A stretch of DNA of 64,000 bases from Candidatus Asgardarchaeum abyssi (GTDB lineage Archaea > Asgardarchaeota > Asgardarchaeia > Asgardarchaeales > Asgardarchaeaceae), in the NCBI GenBank assembly GCA_040225955.1, contig JBECUL010000002.1:28544-92543 (forward strand). The letters are read 5' to 3'. Both the position numbers and the translations under genes were made by a program. Positions 1-8,194 of this stretch are shown in pieces. The notes below the pieces were generated by a model. It saw only the letters and a program-made list of their open reading frames with translations, did no database searches and was not told the DNA's origin. Position 1 is the first letter of the stretch. Each line of letters starts with the position of its first letter.

Positions 1-1
1 C

Positions 2-334
2 ATTACAACATACGGAGCGAAGCTCATAATAGATAATTTACACAGCGGTATAGAAGTTGGACGGAAAATAGCAGAAGACACAGGCATAGTACAAGTAGTA
101 CTAATAAACTTCCCGGGATCTGTTGTTGGGATCAGTAATGTAACCGAGATGATGTTATATAATGCTGAAATACTTGCTGATGGGCTGAAATACTATGAGT
201 ACAAGGTTGAGCTAGAGTCGTATAAATCTGCTGTGAGTTTCTGGCAGTATGCAACAATAGGAGTTGTCTTATTAGCGGTAATAGAGGCAGTTATAATAGT
301 TTTGCTGGTTGTGAGGGCGAAAAAACATGAGTGA
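2..334 (+). CDS. C-terminal fragment of a metal ABC transporter substrate-binding protein (TroA/ZnuA-like) with a C-terminal membrane anchor; the 5' end lies outside the window
   Basis: The frame of ORF 149..334 stays open back to base 2 (ITTYGAKLIIDNLHSGIEVGRKIAEDTGIVQVVLINFPGS...MMLYNAEILADGLK). It ends in a hydrophobic tail IGVVLLAVIEAVIIVLLVV followed by RAKKHE. It is first in an operon with an ABC ATPase and an ABC-3 permease. Confidence 0.45.
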   Translation: MTTYGAKLIIDNLHSGIEVGRKIAEDTGIVQVVLINFPGSVVGISNVTEMMLYNAEILADGLKYYEYKVELESYKSAVSFWQYATIGVVLLAVIEAVIIVLLVVRAKKHE

Positions 335-767
335 TGATAAACTTGAGGCGTTAAGAAATAGGGAATATTTAACACTTGAGGATGCAGCAAAGCTTCATGG
401 TCACAAAGGTCCTTTTTTGGTGATAGGCTATAGAATTGGTGAGTACATTGTAGAGAAGGTTAAGCCAAAAGACGAGTTCGGCTTAAGTGTCAAGGTGTAT
501 ATCCCCTTTAAAACACCTTTTTCTTGCATATTAGATGGGTTGCAGTGCTCAACTAAGTGTACTCTAGGAAAGAAAAATATAGAATGTATTGATAGCAATG
601 ATATGAGGATAGTATTTGAGTGCAAGGACGGCAAGAAGAAGATATACATCTGGCTGAAGAAAGAGATTATTGAAGAGGCTTTAACATGCGAAGATCCGAA
701 ATTATTCGTGGAGAAGTTAGAAAAGATGCCAGCAGAAGAGTATATGGAGATGATGAATATAGAGTAG
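327..767 (+). CDS. FmdE-domain protein (metal-binding accessory protein)
   Basis: The HGHKGPFLVIGYRIG motif is typical of FmdE-domain proteins, and there is a Cys cluster CILDGLQCSTKC. It overlaps the upstream stop by 8 nt and is embedded in the metal ABC operon. Confidence 0.65.
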   Translation: MSDDKLEALRNREYLTLEDAAKLHGHKGPFLVIGYRIGEYIVEKVKPKDEFGLSVKVYIPFKTPFSCILDGLQCSTKCTLGKKNIECIDSNDMRIVFECKDGKKKIYIWLKKEIIEEALTCEDPKLFVEKLEKMPAEEYMEMMNIE

Positions 768-1462
768 CTGTTTTACTCAAAAATGTCACTACAGCGTATC
801 CCCGAAGTAAGGATCCAGCATTAAAAAATGTGTCAATAAGCATAAAGAAAGGGTCATTATCGCTGGTAACGGGGCCTAATGGTGCTGGTAAAACCACATT
901 ATTGGAATTAATATTAGGTTTTCTACGGCCTTTAAGTGGAACTGTAAGAGTTCTAGGCCTGGAAATGCCTAAACATGCAAGAAAAGTTAGGCTTATGTCC
1001 AGTTATCTGATGCAGGATTTTATGAAACCACCAACCGAAACATATACAGTTAAACAGGTCGTTTCAATGGGTCTTGCAGCATTCAAAGGGCCAGTAAGAC
1101 CATTGTCTGAGCGTGAAAAGGAATTAATAAAGCGAGCCATTAAAATGGTTGGGCTTGAAGGGCTCGAAGAGAAACCTATAGGAATCCTTAGTGGCGGACA
1201 GCAGCAGAGAGCTTTTCTCGCTAGAGTGATTGTAAGGCAACCAAAGTTAATATTGCTGGATGAGCCTTTTTCAAGCTTAGATCGTGAAGGTAGAATGGAA
1301 ATATCCATGCTAATTAATGATATAAGGAAACATCTTAATTCGACCGTTATCGTTGTTAGTCATGATATATCACCGATAATAGACTATGTGGATAAAGTTA
1401 TCGAAATGAAGGATGGATGCGTGGTGAGCGAGAATGATCTTCATGACTCTTCTATTTATTGA
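686..1462 (+). CDS. Metal (Zn/Mn-type) ABC transporter ATP-binding protein
   Basis: Walker A GPNGAGKTT, signature LSGGQQQR, Walker B LILLDEPFSSLD. The only in-frame start is ATG 686, which overlaps the FmdE-like gene by 82 nt, so the N-terminus is uncertain. Confidence 0.85.
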   Translation: MRRSEIIRGEVRKDASRRVYGDDEYRVAVLLKNVTTAYPRSKDPALKNVSISIKKGSLSLVTGPNGAGKTTLLELILGFLRPLSGTVRVLGLEMPKHARKVRLMSSYLMQDFMKPPTETYTVKQVVSMGLAAFKGPVRPLSEREKELIKRAIKMVGLEGLEEKPIGILSGGQQQRAFLARVIVRQPKLILLDEPFSSLDREGRMEISMLINDIRKHLNSTVIVVSHDISPIIDYVDKVIEMKDGCVVSENDLHDSSIY

Positions 1463-2288
1463 GGCTTTGATAGCGGCTCTTTTGGCTGGCAGCCTTTGTG
1501 GAGTTCTTGGTACATATCTTCGAAAACTTGGATTATTAACGTTATGTTTCACAGTTGCTCATGCAGCCCTTGCTGGAGCAGCCTTCTCAATTCTTTTTTC
1601 TACACCACCTGAACTAACGGCCTTTTCTTTTAGTGTTATCGCGGCGTTTATTGTAGAGATTCTATACTATAAGGTTGGTATTGAAAGGGAAATTATTTCG
1701 ATGTGCACTTTTTCTCTGTCTTCTGCTCTTGCAATGTTTGCCATATATATGGTTCCATCTGTGACTTTAACATCTGAAACAGCATCACTAATCCTTTGGG
1801 GAAGCATCTTAGCAGCGACTCCCGCAAAAATAATTCTTCTTACATTTCTTTCAATATCCCTAATCATATACATTTTATCATTTAAGCTTGAAATAGACAC
1901 TTTGCTTTTCGATATTAAGCTTGCCGAGGCCGAGGGTGTCAATATACAGTTCCACTCAACAGTACTATTGGTATTGACGGCCATCGCCATCTCAATTATT
2001 TTAAAACTTACCGGAGGATTCTTGGTTTTTGCACTCCTTTTTAATCCAATAGCAGCGGTTGAAAGACTTTCATATAAAAGGCAACCGCTATTAGGAGGTA
2101 TCGTTGGAGGCATTTCTGGGATCATAGGTGTCGTGATAAGCTATGTTTTTGATACTCCAATAGGGGCAACAATAGCTGTTACTGCAAGCCTTATGTTAAT
2201 AACAGGAGTAAGTGTATCAAGCATATTAGAATACCTTAGAAAGAAGAACCTAAAAACTGCATTAAATAATTCCAATCCGTATAACTGA
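1434..2288 (+). CDS. Metal ABC transporter permease (ABC-3 / ZnuB-TroC-like)
   Basis: 284 aa, multi-pass and hydrophobic throughout. It overlaps the ATPase gene by 29 nt, an operon position typical of ZnuB/MntB-type permeases. Confidence 0.8.
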   Translation: MIFMTLLFIEALIAALLAGSLCGVLGTYLRKLGLLTLCFTVAHAALAGAAFSILFSTPPELTAFSFSVIAAFIVEILYYKVGIEREIISMCTFSLSSALAMFAIYMVPSVTLTSETASLILWGSILAATPAKIILLTFLSISLIIYILSFKLEIDTLLFDIKLAEAEGVNIQFHSTVLLVLTAIAISIILKLTGGFLVFALLFNPIAAVERLSYKRQPLLGGIVGGISGIIGVVISYVFDTPIGATIAVTASLMLITGVSVSSILEYLRKKNLKTALNNSNPYN

Positions 2289-2394
2289 GGAGTAACGTTA
2301 TTTCTAGATAAGCTATCCTATTTTGTAATGGAAATTATCACAATAGTTGCTAGGCGAGACAGAAATAATAGTTTTTATTTTACTTTAAATTAAT

Positions 2395-2700
2395 TCTTTT
2401 ACTTCAGAAATAAATATCTCTATACGTGAATCTCTTAATTCAAGAATTTTACCATTAGCATGTTTATGATTTGAATAGGTTGCGATCTTAAGATGGTGGG
2501 TGCGTTATCATAACGAAGAACAGATCTATTATATTTCACAAGCGTATATGAGTATCTAATTATTTTTCCAGCAGGGAGGAACACATATACATCTAAAATG
2601 TATGTTCTTTAATGATAGCTCTTAACTTAAAACTGCCTGTATTTGGATTATTTTAGCTATTCTAATATTTAATAAGTTTGATACGTTTTACGTTTAGTCC
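2395..2700 (-). pseudogene. Decayed DUF6516/TumE-like toxin gene
   Basis: The minus-strand translation gives DVYVFLPAGKIIRYSYTLVKYNRSVLRYDNAP, then after a 1-nt shift at a C3 run (plus-strand G run 2508-2510) HHLKIATYSNHKHANGKILELRDSRIEIFISEVKELI* with the stop at 2395-2397. Further stops and shifts lie upstream. The family call rests on my memory of the RYDNAPHH...HHKH motif. Confidence 0.4.
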
Positions 2701-2722
2701 TTTTAATATATTAGTAACTTCT

Positions 2723-2995
2723 TCAACTCTCTTTAATACGCTTCTCAATTTCTTTCAGCTCTTCCTCAATTTTTTCAAGAGCCTCAACTAGCGCATCCCA
2801 CTCTAAAAATTCTTCAAGTAATTCATGATTATCTGGCTCTGGAATCTCACCTTTTTGCCACTTAATAGCAAATTCCTTACTATCTAGACCAAATTTTTCT
2901 TCATATTTCTCTAACTCATTCAATATCCAATCTCGTAGCTCAATTTTCTTTCTTAATGTGTCAATCACTTTCATCAATGACAAGAAAATCACCAT
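2723..2995 (-). CDS. Small acidic helical protein, possible partner (antitoxin) of the downstream decayed toxin
   Basis: 90-aa ORF (likely start MKVIDTLRKK) containing FGLDSKEFAIKWQKGEIPEPDNHELLEEFLEWDAL. It lies immediately upstream of the TumE-like remnant on the same strand. Confidence 0.4.
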   Translation of the reverse strand: MVIFLSLMKVIDTLRKKIELRDWILNELEKYEEKFGLDSKEFAIKWQKGEIPEPDNHELLEEFLEWDALVEALEKIEEELKEIEKRIKES

Positions 2996-3243
2996 CTCTT
3001 TTTCTTATTTATCTCTTGATAATAATTGCATTCTATTACTTATATATTTACGCAAGCATGCTGAAATAATAACCAATATATATCCAAATCATAAAATTTT
3101 CAGACTCTCGCACTAAATTGATGGTATGTACTGTTTAATGAAGGCTTTCTTTATCTGAACTATGTGACTAAACTTCTGAGCTTAGAAAACTTAAAAAGGT
3201 TGATTATTAAAATTAACTTAAAAAGCTTAGAGGCTTACTATAT

Positions 3244-3759
3244 ATGTCTATACCACATAAAAAGAAGGAAAAAGAAAAACAGTTTGAGGACGAGGAGTAT
3301 ATTCGAAGAAGAATATCTGAAATTTTAAAAAATTGGGATGAGATTAAACGAAACTACATTTTGCTTTGGTTAGGTCTTAATATAGCAGCCTTCATCATGG
3401 GGTTTTCATCATTTATTCACATATTAGGTAGTGCCTCTTCAGCAACTATTGTATATATAAGCATATTTATCTGGGTGATTCTAGCAGCCTTCCTGTGCGT
3501 AATATGCAGTCTCTATAAGAAAAAATTTACTAAATATATTACTTATAGAGCAACTCGCGATGAAACTTTAGCTCCACTAATTACGTACATGGTTGGACTT
3601 TTATTTACGCCGCTATACTTTGGTGTGATGTCGTCTAGAGAACTAATGATATCAGTAGCGCTTTTAGCAGTAGTACTCATTATATTCTATCTGATGATTA
3701 ATCCATGGCGTGGATTAAATGACATAAAGATGAAACTAGAAGAAAACCTATTATTATAA
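3244..3759 (+). CDS. Hypothetical membrane protein (4 predicted TM segments)
   Basis: 171-aa ORF with a charged N-terminus (KKKEKEKQFEDEE) followed by four hydrophobic helices. Its 3' end is repeated at 11181-11243. Confidence 0.5.
   Translation: MSIPHKKKEKEKQFEDEEYIRRRISEILKNWDEIKRNYILLWLGLNIAAFIMGFSSFIHILGSASSATIVYISIFIWVILAAFLCVICSLYKKKFTKYITYRATRDETLAPLITYMVGLLFTPLYFGVMSSRELMISVALLAVVLIIFYLMINPWRGLNDIKMKLEENLLL
3679..3741 (+). repeat. Copy 1 of a 63-nt direct repeat (3' end of the 3244..3759 gene)
   Basis: My hand alignment to 11181..11243 gives blocks of 28, 22 and 8 identical nt separated by 3 and 2 mismatches (58 of 63). Confidence 0.8.
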
Positions 3760-3880
3760 AGTACTTTCTAATTAGTGCAAAATTAAGGTTTATGGGTTAT
3801 TATTTTCTTGAAGACAAATAATGAAAAGAGAAAGCACAGATTTCCGAATAGGTCATTCATTAGTATTTTTAATATTAGGT

Positions 3881-4688
3881 TTATTTCCTTCTCCTTCTCG
3901 CTTTAAAACCCAATAAGATATATTTAGTTTTCTTAAAACCTATTTTTTCGTACACTCTTATTGCCGGCAGATTATCCTTTGCAACCCAAAGTATTACCTC
4001 CTTACTAAGGCTCAATAGCTCTTTTGATATAGCTGAGCATACAGATGTTGCAAGTCCTTTATTTCTAAAGGAGGGATGTGTATATACTTCCCTGATAAGG
4101 GCTACGCTATCTAAAAATTCAGTGGATGTTGCAAGAGATGCTAATAACTCTTTTTCATAATAAGCACCATATACTATGCCTCTGCGAATTGCCTTTTTAA
4201 TAGCTTTTGATCTCTCTTCTCCAAATTGTTTAAGGACATCATCTAAATCTTCAACTCCCAGCTTTTTAACACGGTGCTTGATTATTGGGTTAAAGGTTTT
4301 AGAATTCACTTTCATGACGAAAAATATGGTTATTTTTCCATGACTTGCAACGTCCATAGACTCAATAGATTTGAAAACATCTTCAACGACTGCTAAATGG
4401 CCAGGCTCTATAACAAACAACATCTCATCCAAATCAATACATTTTAAGAGTTCGGCCGTACTTTCTACACTTCCATGTGTGAACTATTCTTTTATCAAAT
4501 TCAAAAATATAACCATGAATATTTTTATCCTTAAAGACTATCCAAACTTCAGTTCTGTCTCGTATAAACTTCAGATTATAGATCGTGAAAATATGCAAAA
4601 TTGGATCCTTATTCAGAAAGTCAAAAAATTTCTCTTGGTCTGCCTCTTCAATAGGAAGTATCTTAAAGTGGTTTCGCATCATAACCAC
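3881..4688 (-). pseudogene. GNAT-family N-acetyltransferase split by a frameshift (ORFs 4434..4688 and 3881..4432)
   Basis: The C-terminal ORF carries the acetyl-CoA motif VYTHPSFRNKGLATSVCSAISKELL. The N-terminal ORF ends ...GYIFEFDKRIVHTWKCRKYGRTLKMY*. The downstream frame is already open from FTHGSVESTAELLKCIDLDEMLFVIEPGHL, so a 1-nt (or 2-nt) indel near the CACACA tract at 4474-4486 would fuse them into one protein of about 265 aa. Confidence 0.7.
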
Positions 4689-4874
4689 CGCAAGCTATAC
4701 AAATCTAATAGTTTTTAACATTTAATTTTCTCTAAATGTTATTCTAATGCTTATGATTCTGCAAGCGTCTTTGTGGTGGTTACTGCCAACTAAAATATCT
4801 ATAAACTTTATATACTGAGATTGGCTAACTATGATCTAACAGAAAACTTTATTAAATTCTTCTATCATTTTTTA

Positions 4875-4930
4875 TTAGGTAACCCTAAATAAATAATTAG
4901 GAAAACCTAATTTTGTGATATTGCACAAAA
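4875..4930. promoter_or_regulatory. Candidate operator cluster upstream of feoA: two TTAGG-N4-CCTAA palindromes plus a TTTTGTG-N6-CACAAAA inverted repeat
   Basis: TTAGGTAACCCTAA (4875-4888) and TTAGGAAAACCTAA (4897-4910) have centres 22 nt apart. TTTTGTGATATTGCACAAAA (4911-4930) ends 20 nt before the feoA ATG. A GGTGA Shine-Dalgarno-like (SD) element lies at 4942-4946. Confidence 0.4.
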
Positions 4931-4950
4931 TTGTATAGATCGGTGAAAAA

Positions 4951-5190
4951 ATGATGTTGAAAAAACTTAGTGAGCTAAAAGTAGGTGAAACAGGAAAAGT
5001 TGTGAAAATCCAAGGTGATGTAAGCCTCAAACGAAAACTCTTAGATATGGGTATTACATCTAGAACCAAAATTAAAGCAGTAAGAACTGCCCCTTTAAAA
5101 GATCCTATAGATTTTGAGGTTAAAGGCTATCAACTATCTCTCCGAAGAATAGAAGCAGAAAATGTTATAGTTGAACTAGAGGATGAGTGA
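4951..5190 (+). CDS. feoA: FeoA-family protein
   Basis: 79 aa, LSELKVGETGKVVKIQGDVSLKRKLLDMGITSRTKIKAV (SH3-like FeoA pattern). It is first gene of the feo operon. Confidence 0.85.
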   Translation: MMLKKLSELKVGETGKVVKIQGDVSLKRKLLDMGITSRTKIKAVRTAPLKDPIDFEVKGYQLSLRRIEAENVIVELEDE

Positions 5191-5193
5191 AGG

Positions 5194-5442
5194 ATGCATA
5201 GCACAGTACAAATGCCATTAGCGTTAGTCCCAGAAGGTGCATTAGTTGAGGTTGTAGCATACTCTCCAAATGTGGGGAAGGGTTTTATGCATAAAGTTAC
5301 TGCCCTAGGGTTAATTCCTGGCGCAATTATCAAGGTTATACGTAATCACTTTCCTGGACCAATAATGCTTGATATTAAAGGTTTTAGAATTTTTATCGGT
5401 CACGGGATTGCAAATAAAATTCTTGTAAGGGTGATAGGATGA
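5194..5442 (+). CDS. feoA: FeoA-family protein (second copy)
   Basis: 82 aa, LVPEGALVEVVAYSPNVGKGFMHKVTALGLIPGAIIKVI. It starts 3 nt after the first feoA and overlaps feoB by 4 nt. Confidence 0.8.
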   Translation: MHSTVQMPLALVPEGALVEVVAYSPNVGKGFMHKVTALGLIPGAIIKVIRNHFPGPIMLDIKGFRIFIGHGIANKILVRVIG

Positions 5443-7457
5443 TGTTAAGAACGGTTTCTCCCTTAAAAGTTAAGGTAGCGCTTGCTGGAAACCCAAATGT
5501 TGGGAAAAGTGTAGTCTTTAACAATCTAACTGGTGCAAGACAGCATGTTGGGAACTGGCCTGGGGTTACTGTAGAGAAGAAAGAGGGTCTGTGCACATTT
5601 GAGGATGCGAAAATTGAAGTTGTAGATTTACCTGGAATATATAGCTTAACAGCGAACAGTATTGATGAGATAATAGCACGCAACTATATAGTTGAAGAAG
5701 CTCCAGATATTGTTGTCGATATTGTGGATGCTTCAAACCTTGAGAGGAACTTATACTTAACACTTCAACTTCTTGAGCTTGGAGCAAATGTGATAATACT
5801 CCTTAACATGATGGACCTTGCTGAAGAGAAGGGATTTAAAATTGATACTAAGAAATTGGAGAAATTAATTGGAGTTCCAGTAGTCCCGTCAGTGGCACCT
5901 AAAAGAATTGGAATGAATGAACTTTGCCAAAAGATAGTTGAAACTAAAAAGAAATCCTTGACGTATAAAAAGATATTTAAGTATAGTAAGGATCTTGAGG
6001 AAGGCATTGAAAGGGTCAGACATGTTTTAGAGCAATACAAAGAATTATCAAAATATAACCTTCGTTGGTTAGCAATCAAGCTTCTTGAAGATGACGATGA
6101 GGTTAAGAAATTAATAGTTAAAAGCATTTCCAATTATAATGCTATATTTTCTGAGGTTGAGAAAATAAAATCAGAGCTGGAGAAAAAATATGACGATCTA
6201 ATAGTAGCCTTCGCTGACGAAAGATACAGAATAATCAGTCAAATCGTGTCCCAAGTAGTAACAAAAGTGCAAGTAGAAGAACCAACATTGACTAGTATGC
6301 TGGATGAGGTATTCACCCATAAATACCTGGGCATTCCGATCTTCTTAACACTTATGTGGGCTGTATTTCAGTTCACATTTACTGTTGCAGCACCAATATC
6401 GGACTTATTTGATATGATATTTTCTAGTTTGGCAGAGATCGCATCAACGAATATTAAACCTACGTGGTTAGGATCTTTGATAGGCGAAGGGATAATAGGT
6501 GGTCTTGGATTCGTTTTTGTGTTCGCACCAAATATATTCTTTATGTTTCTAGCATTGTCTATACTAGAGGATAGTGGATATCTGGCAAGGGCTGCATTTA
6601 ATATGGATAAGATAATGTATAAATTAGGGCTTCATGGCAAATCCTTTATACCATTATTGTTGGGTTTTGGATGCAATGTTCCGGCGATAATGTCAACGAG
6701 GACTATTGACAATGAAAATGATAGGCTGATTACTATTTTGGTGAACCCATTAATGTCGTGCAGCGCTCGTCTACCAGTTTATGTACTCTTTGCGGGAATT
6801 TTCTTCTCAGCATATGCTGGTAATGTGATATTTTCAATGTATCTTCTTGGTATTGTGCTGGCGGTACTAATAGCGTTAATATTAAGAAAAACATTATTTC
6901 CAGGCAAACCATCTTATTTCGTAATGGAAATGCCACCTTATATGGTACCTACATTAAGAAGTATAGTCGTACATACATGGGAAAGAGGATCTATGTTTAT
7001 TAAAAAGGCAGGTACGATCATAATAGCAGGGTTGGTAGCTATCTGGGCATTATCGAACATACCATATGGTGCTCCTATAGAGGAATCGCTTGTAGGCCAA
7101 TTTGGTAAGTTGTTAGAACCTATATTTGCACCTTTCGGTTGGGATTGGCGAATTGCTGTTGCATTGTTTTTCGGGTTTATTGCAAAGGAGATTGTAATTG
7201 GCTCGTTGGCAATACTTTATGGAACGGGTGAAGAAACTTTATATGGCCCTATTTCGAATGCCTTAACTCCTCTCTCAGCATACGCGTTAATGGCATTTGT
7301 ATTAATATATGTCCCATGTATTGCAACAGTGGGAATCATAAAACAAGAAACTGGATCTTGGAAATGGACACTTTTTGCAATAGCTTATGAGTTAATATTG
7401 GCATATCTAGTTGCGGGATTTATTATTTTAATAGGCCATCTAATAGGTCTTGCTTGA
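5439..7457 (+). CDS. feoB: Ferrous iron transporter FeoB
   Basis: N-terminal G domain (GNPNVGKS, DLPGIYSL, NMMD) followed by a multi-pass membrane domain of about 400 aa. 672 aa in total. Confidence 0.95.
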   Translation: MMLRTVSPLKVKVALAGNPNVGKSVVFNNLTGARQHVGNWPGVTVEKKEGLCTFEDAKIEVVDLPGIYSLTANSIDEIIARNYIVEEAPDIVVDIVDASNLERNLYLTLQLLELGANVIILLNMMDLAEEKGFKIDTKKLEKLIGVPVVPSVAPKRIGMNELCQKIVETKKKSLTYKKIFKYSKDLEEGIERVRHVLEQYKELSKYNLRWLAIKLLEDDDEVKKLIVKSISNYNAIFSEVEKIKSELEKKYDDLIVAFADERYRIISQIVSQVVTKVQVEEPTLTSMLDEVFTHKYLGIPIFLTLMWAVFQFTFTVAAPISDLFDMIFSSLAEIASTNIKPTWLGSLIGEGIIGGLGFVFVFAPNIFFMFLALSILEDSGYLARAAFNMDKIMYKLGLHGKSFIPLLLGFGCNVPAIMSTRTIDNENDRLITILVNPLMSCSARLPVYVLFAGIFFSAYAGNVIFSMYLLGIVLAVLIALILRKTLFPGKPSYFVMEMPPYMVPTLRSIVVHTWERGSMFIKKAGTIIIAGLVAIWALSNIPYGAPIEESLVGQFGKLLEPIFAPFGWDWRIAVALFFGFIAKEIVIGSLAILYGTGEETLYGPISNALTPLSAYALMAFVLIYVPCIATVGIIKQETGSWKWTLFAIAYELILAYLVAGFIILIGHLIGLA

Positions 7458-7917
7458 GGTGTTTAAAATGGTTAATGTACCAGAAAAAAGAAATAAAGCT
7501 GTGGCCATCTTTTCCCTAATACTCAGTATATTATACTTTTTCTTTGGAAGCTTAGAGATAACTTTCTGGCTTGGATTTGATGTAACATATTTGTCGCCAG
7601 TAACAATATATAGTGACGCTTTTGCAGGCTTTACACTAATCGTTACATCTCTTATATTTGCAGCAGGCTTTATTAATCTCTGGAGGAATGAAGTAAGGGG
7701 ATATTCCTATGTGCTTGTTGGTTTGTTTGTTGCATCAGTCTTAGGGATATTACAGTTTTTGATACTTGTTGCAAACTGGACTGAACGATATGTGCTACTC
7801 AATGAGGATTTCGCAGATTGGACTTGGATTGATGATTTCAGGGCTGTTATTCCTTTGTGGATTATGTCATTACCCCTAATAGTACCGCTTAGATCATTAA
7901 AGATGAGGAGGGTGTAA
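7450..7917 (+). CDS. Hypothetical membrane protein between the two feo loci
   Basis: 155 aa with four hydrophobic segments. It overlaps the feoB stop by 8 nt, which suggests co-translation with feoB. Confidence 0.5.
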   Translation: MLEVFKMVNVPEKRNKAVAIFSLILSILYFFFGSLEITFWLGFDVTYLSPVTIYSDAFAGFTLIVTSLIFAAGFINLWRNEVRGYSYVLVGLFVASVLGILQFLILVANWTERYVLLNEDFADWTWIDDFRAVIPLWIMSLPLIVPLRSLKMRRV

Positions 7918-7966
7918 ACTGTATCACGAAACCTAAAGTTAAGTTAGTCCAATATTGGTGATCAGT

Positions 7967-8194
7967 ATGAGTTCCCGACCTTTAACTGATATAAGGAGCT
8001 GTGGGGTGATAACTCAAGTGAAAGGAGGAATAGAGGAGCTTAGACGTCTTGCTTCACTTGGTCTTGCACCAGGAAGGACAGTGAAAGTTCATGTAAATTG
8101 CAGTATTATGGTTATTGAGGTTAATAATTCGGTACTTGTGCTTGATCGACAAATAGCGTCAAAGATTATGGTAAGTGACCGATATGAGGATTAA
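7967..8194 (+). CDS. feoA: FeoA-family protein (third copy)
   Basis: GVITQVKGGIEELRRLASLGLAPGRTVKVHV. ATG 7967 is preferred over the TTG at 7955 given in the ORF track. Confidence 0.7.
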   Translation: MSSRPLTDIRSCGVITQVKGGIEELRRLASLGLAPGRTVKVHVNCSIMVIEVNNSVLVLDRQIASKIMVSDRYED

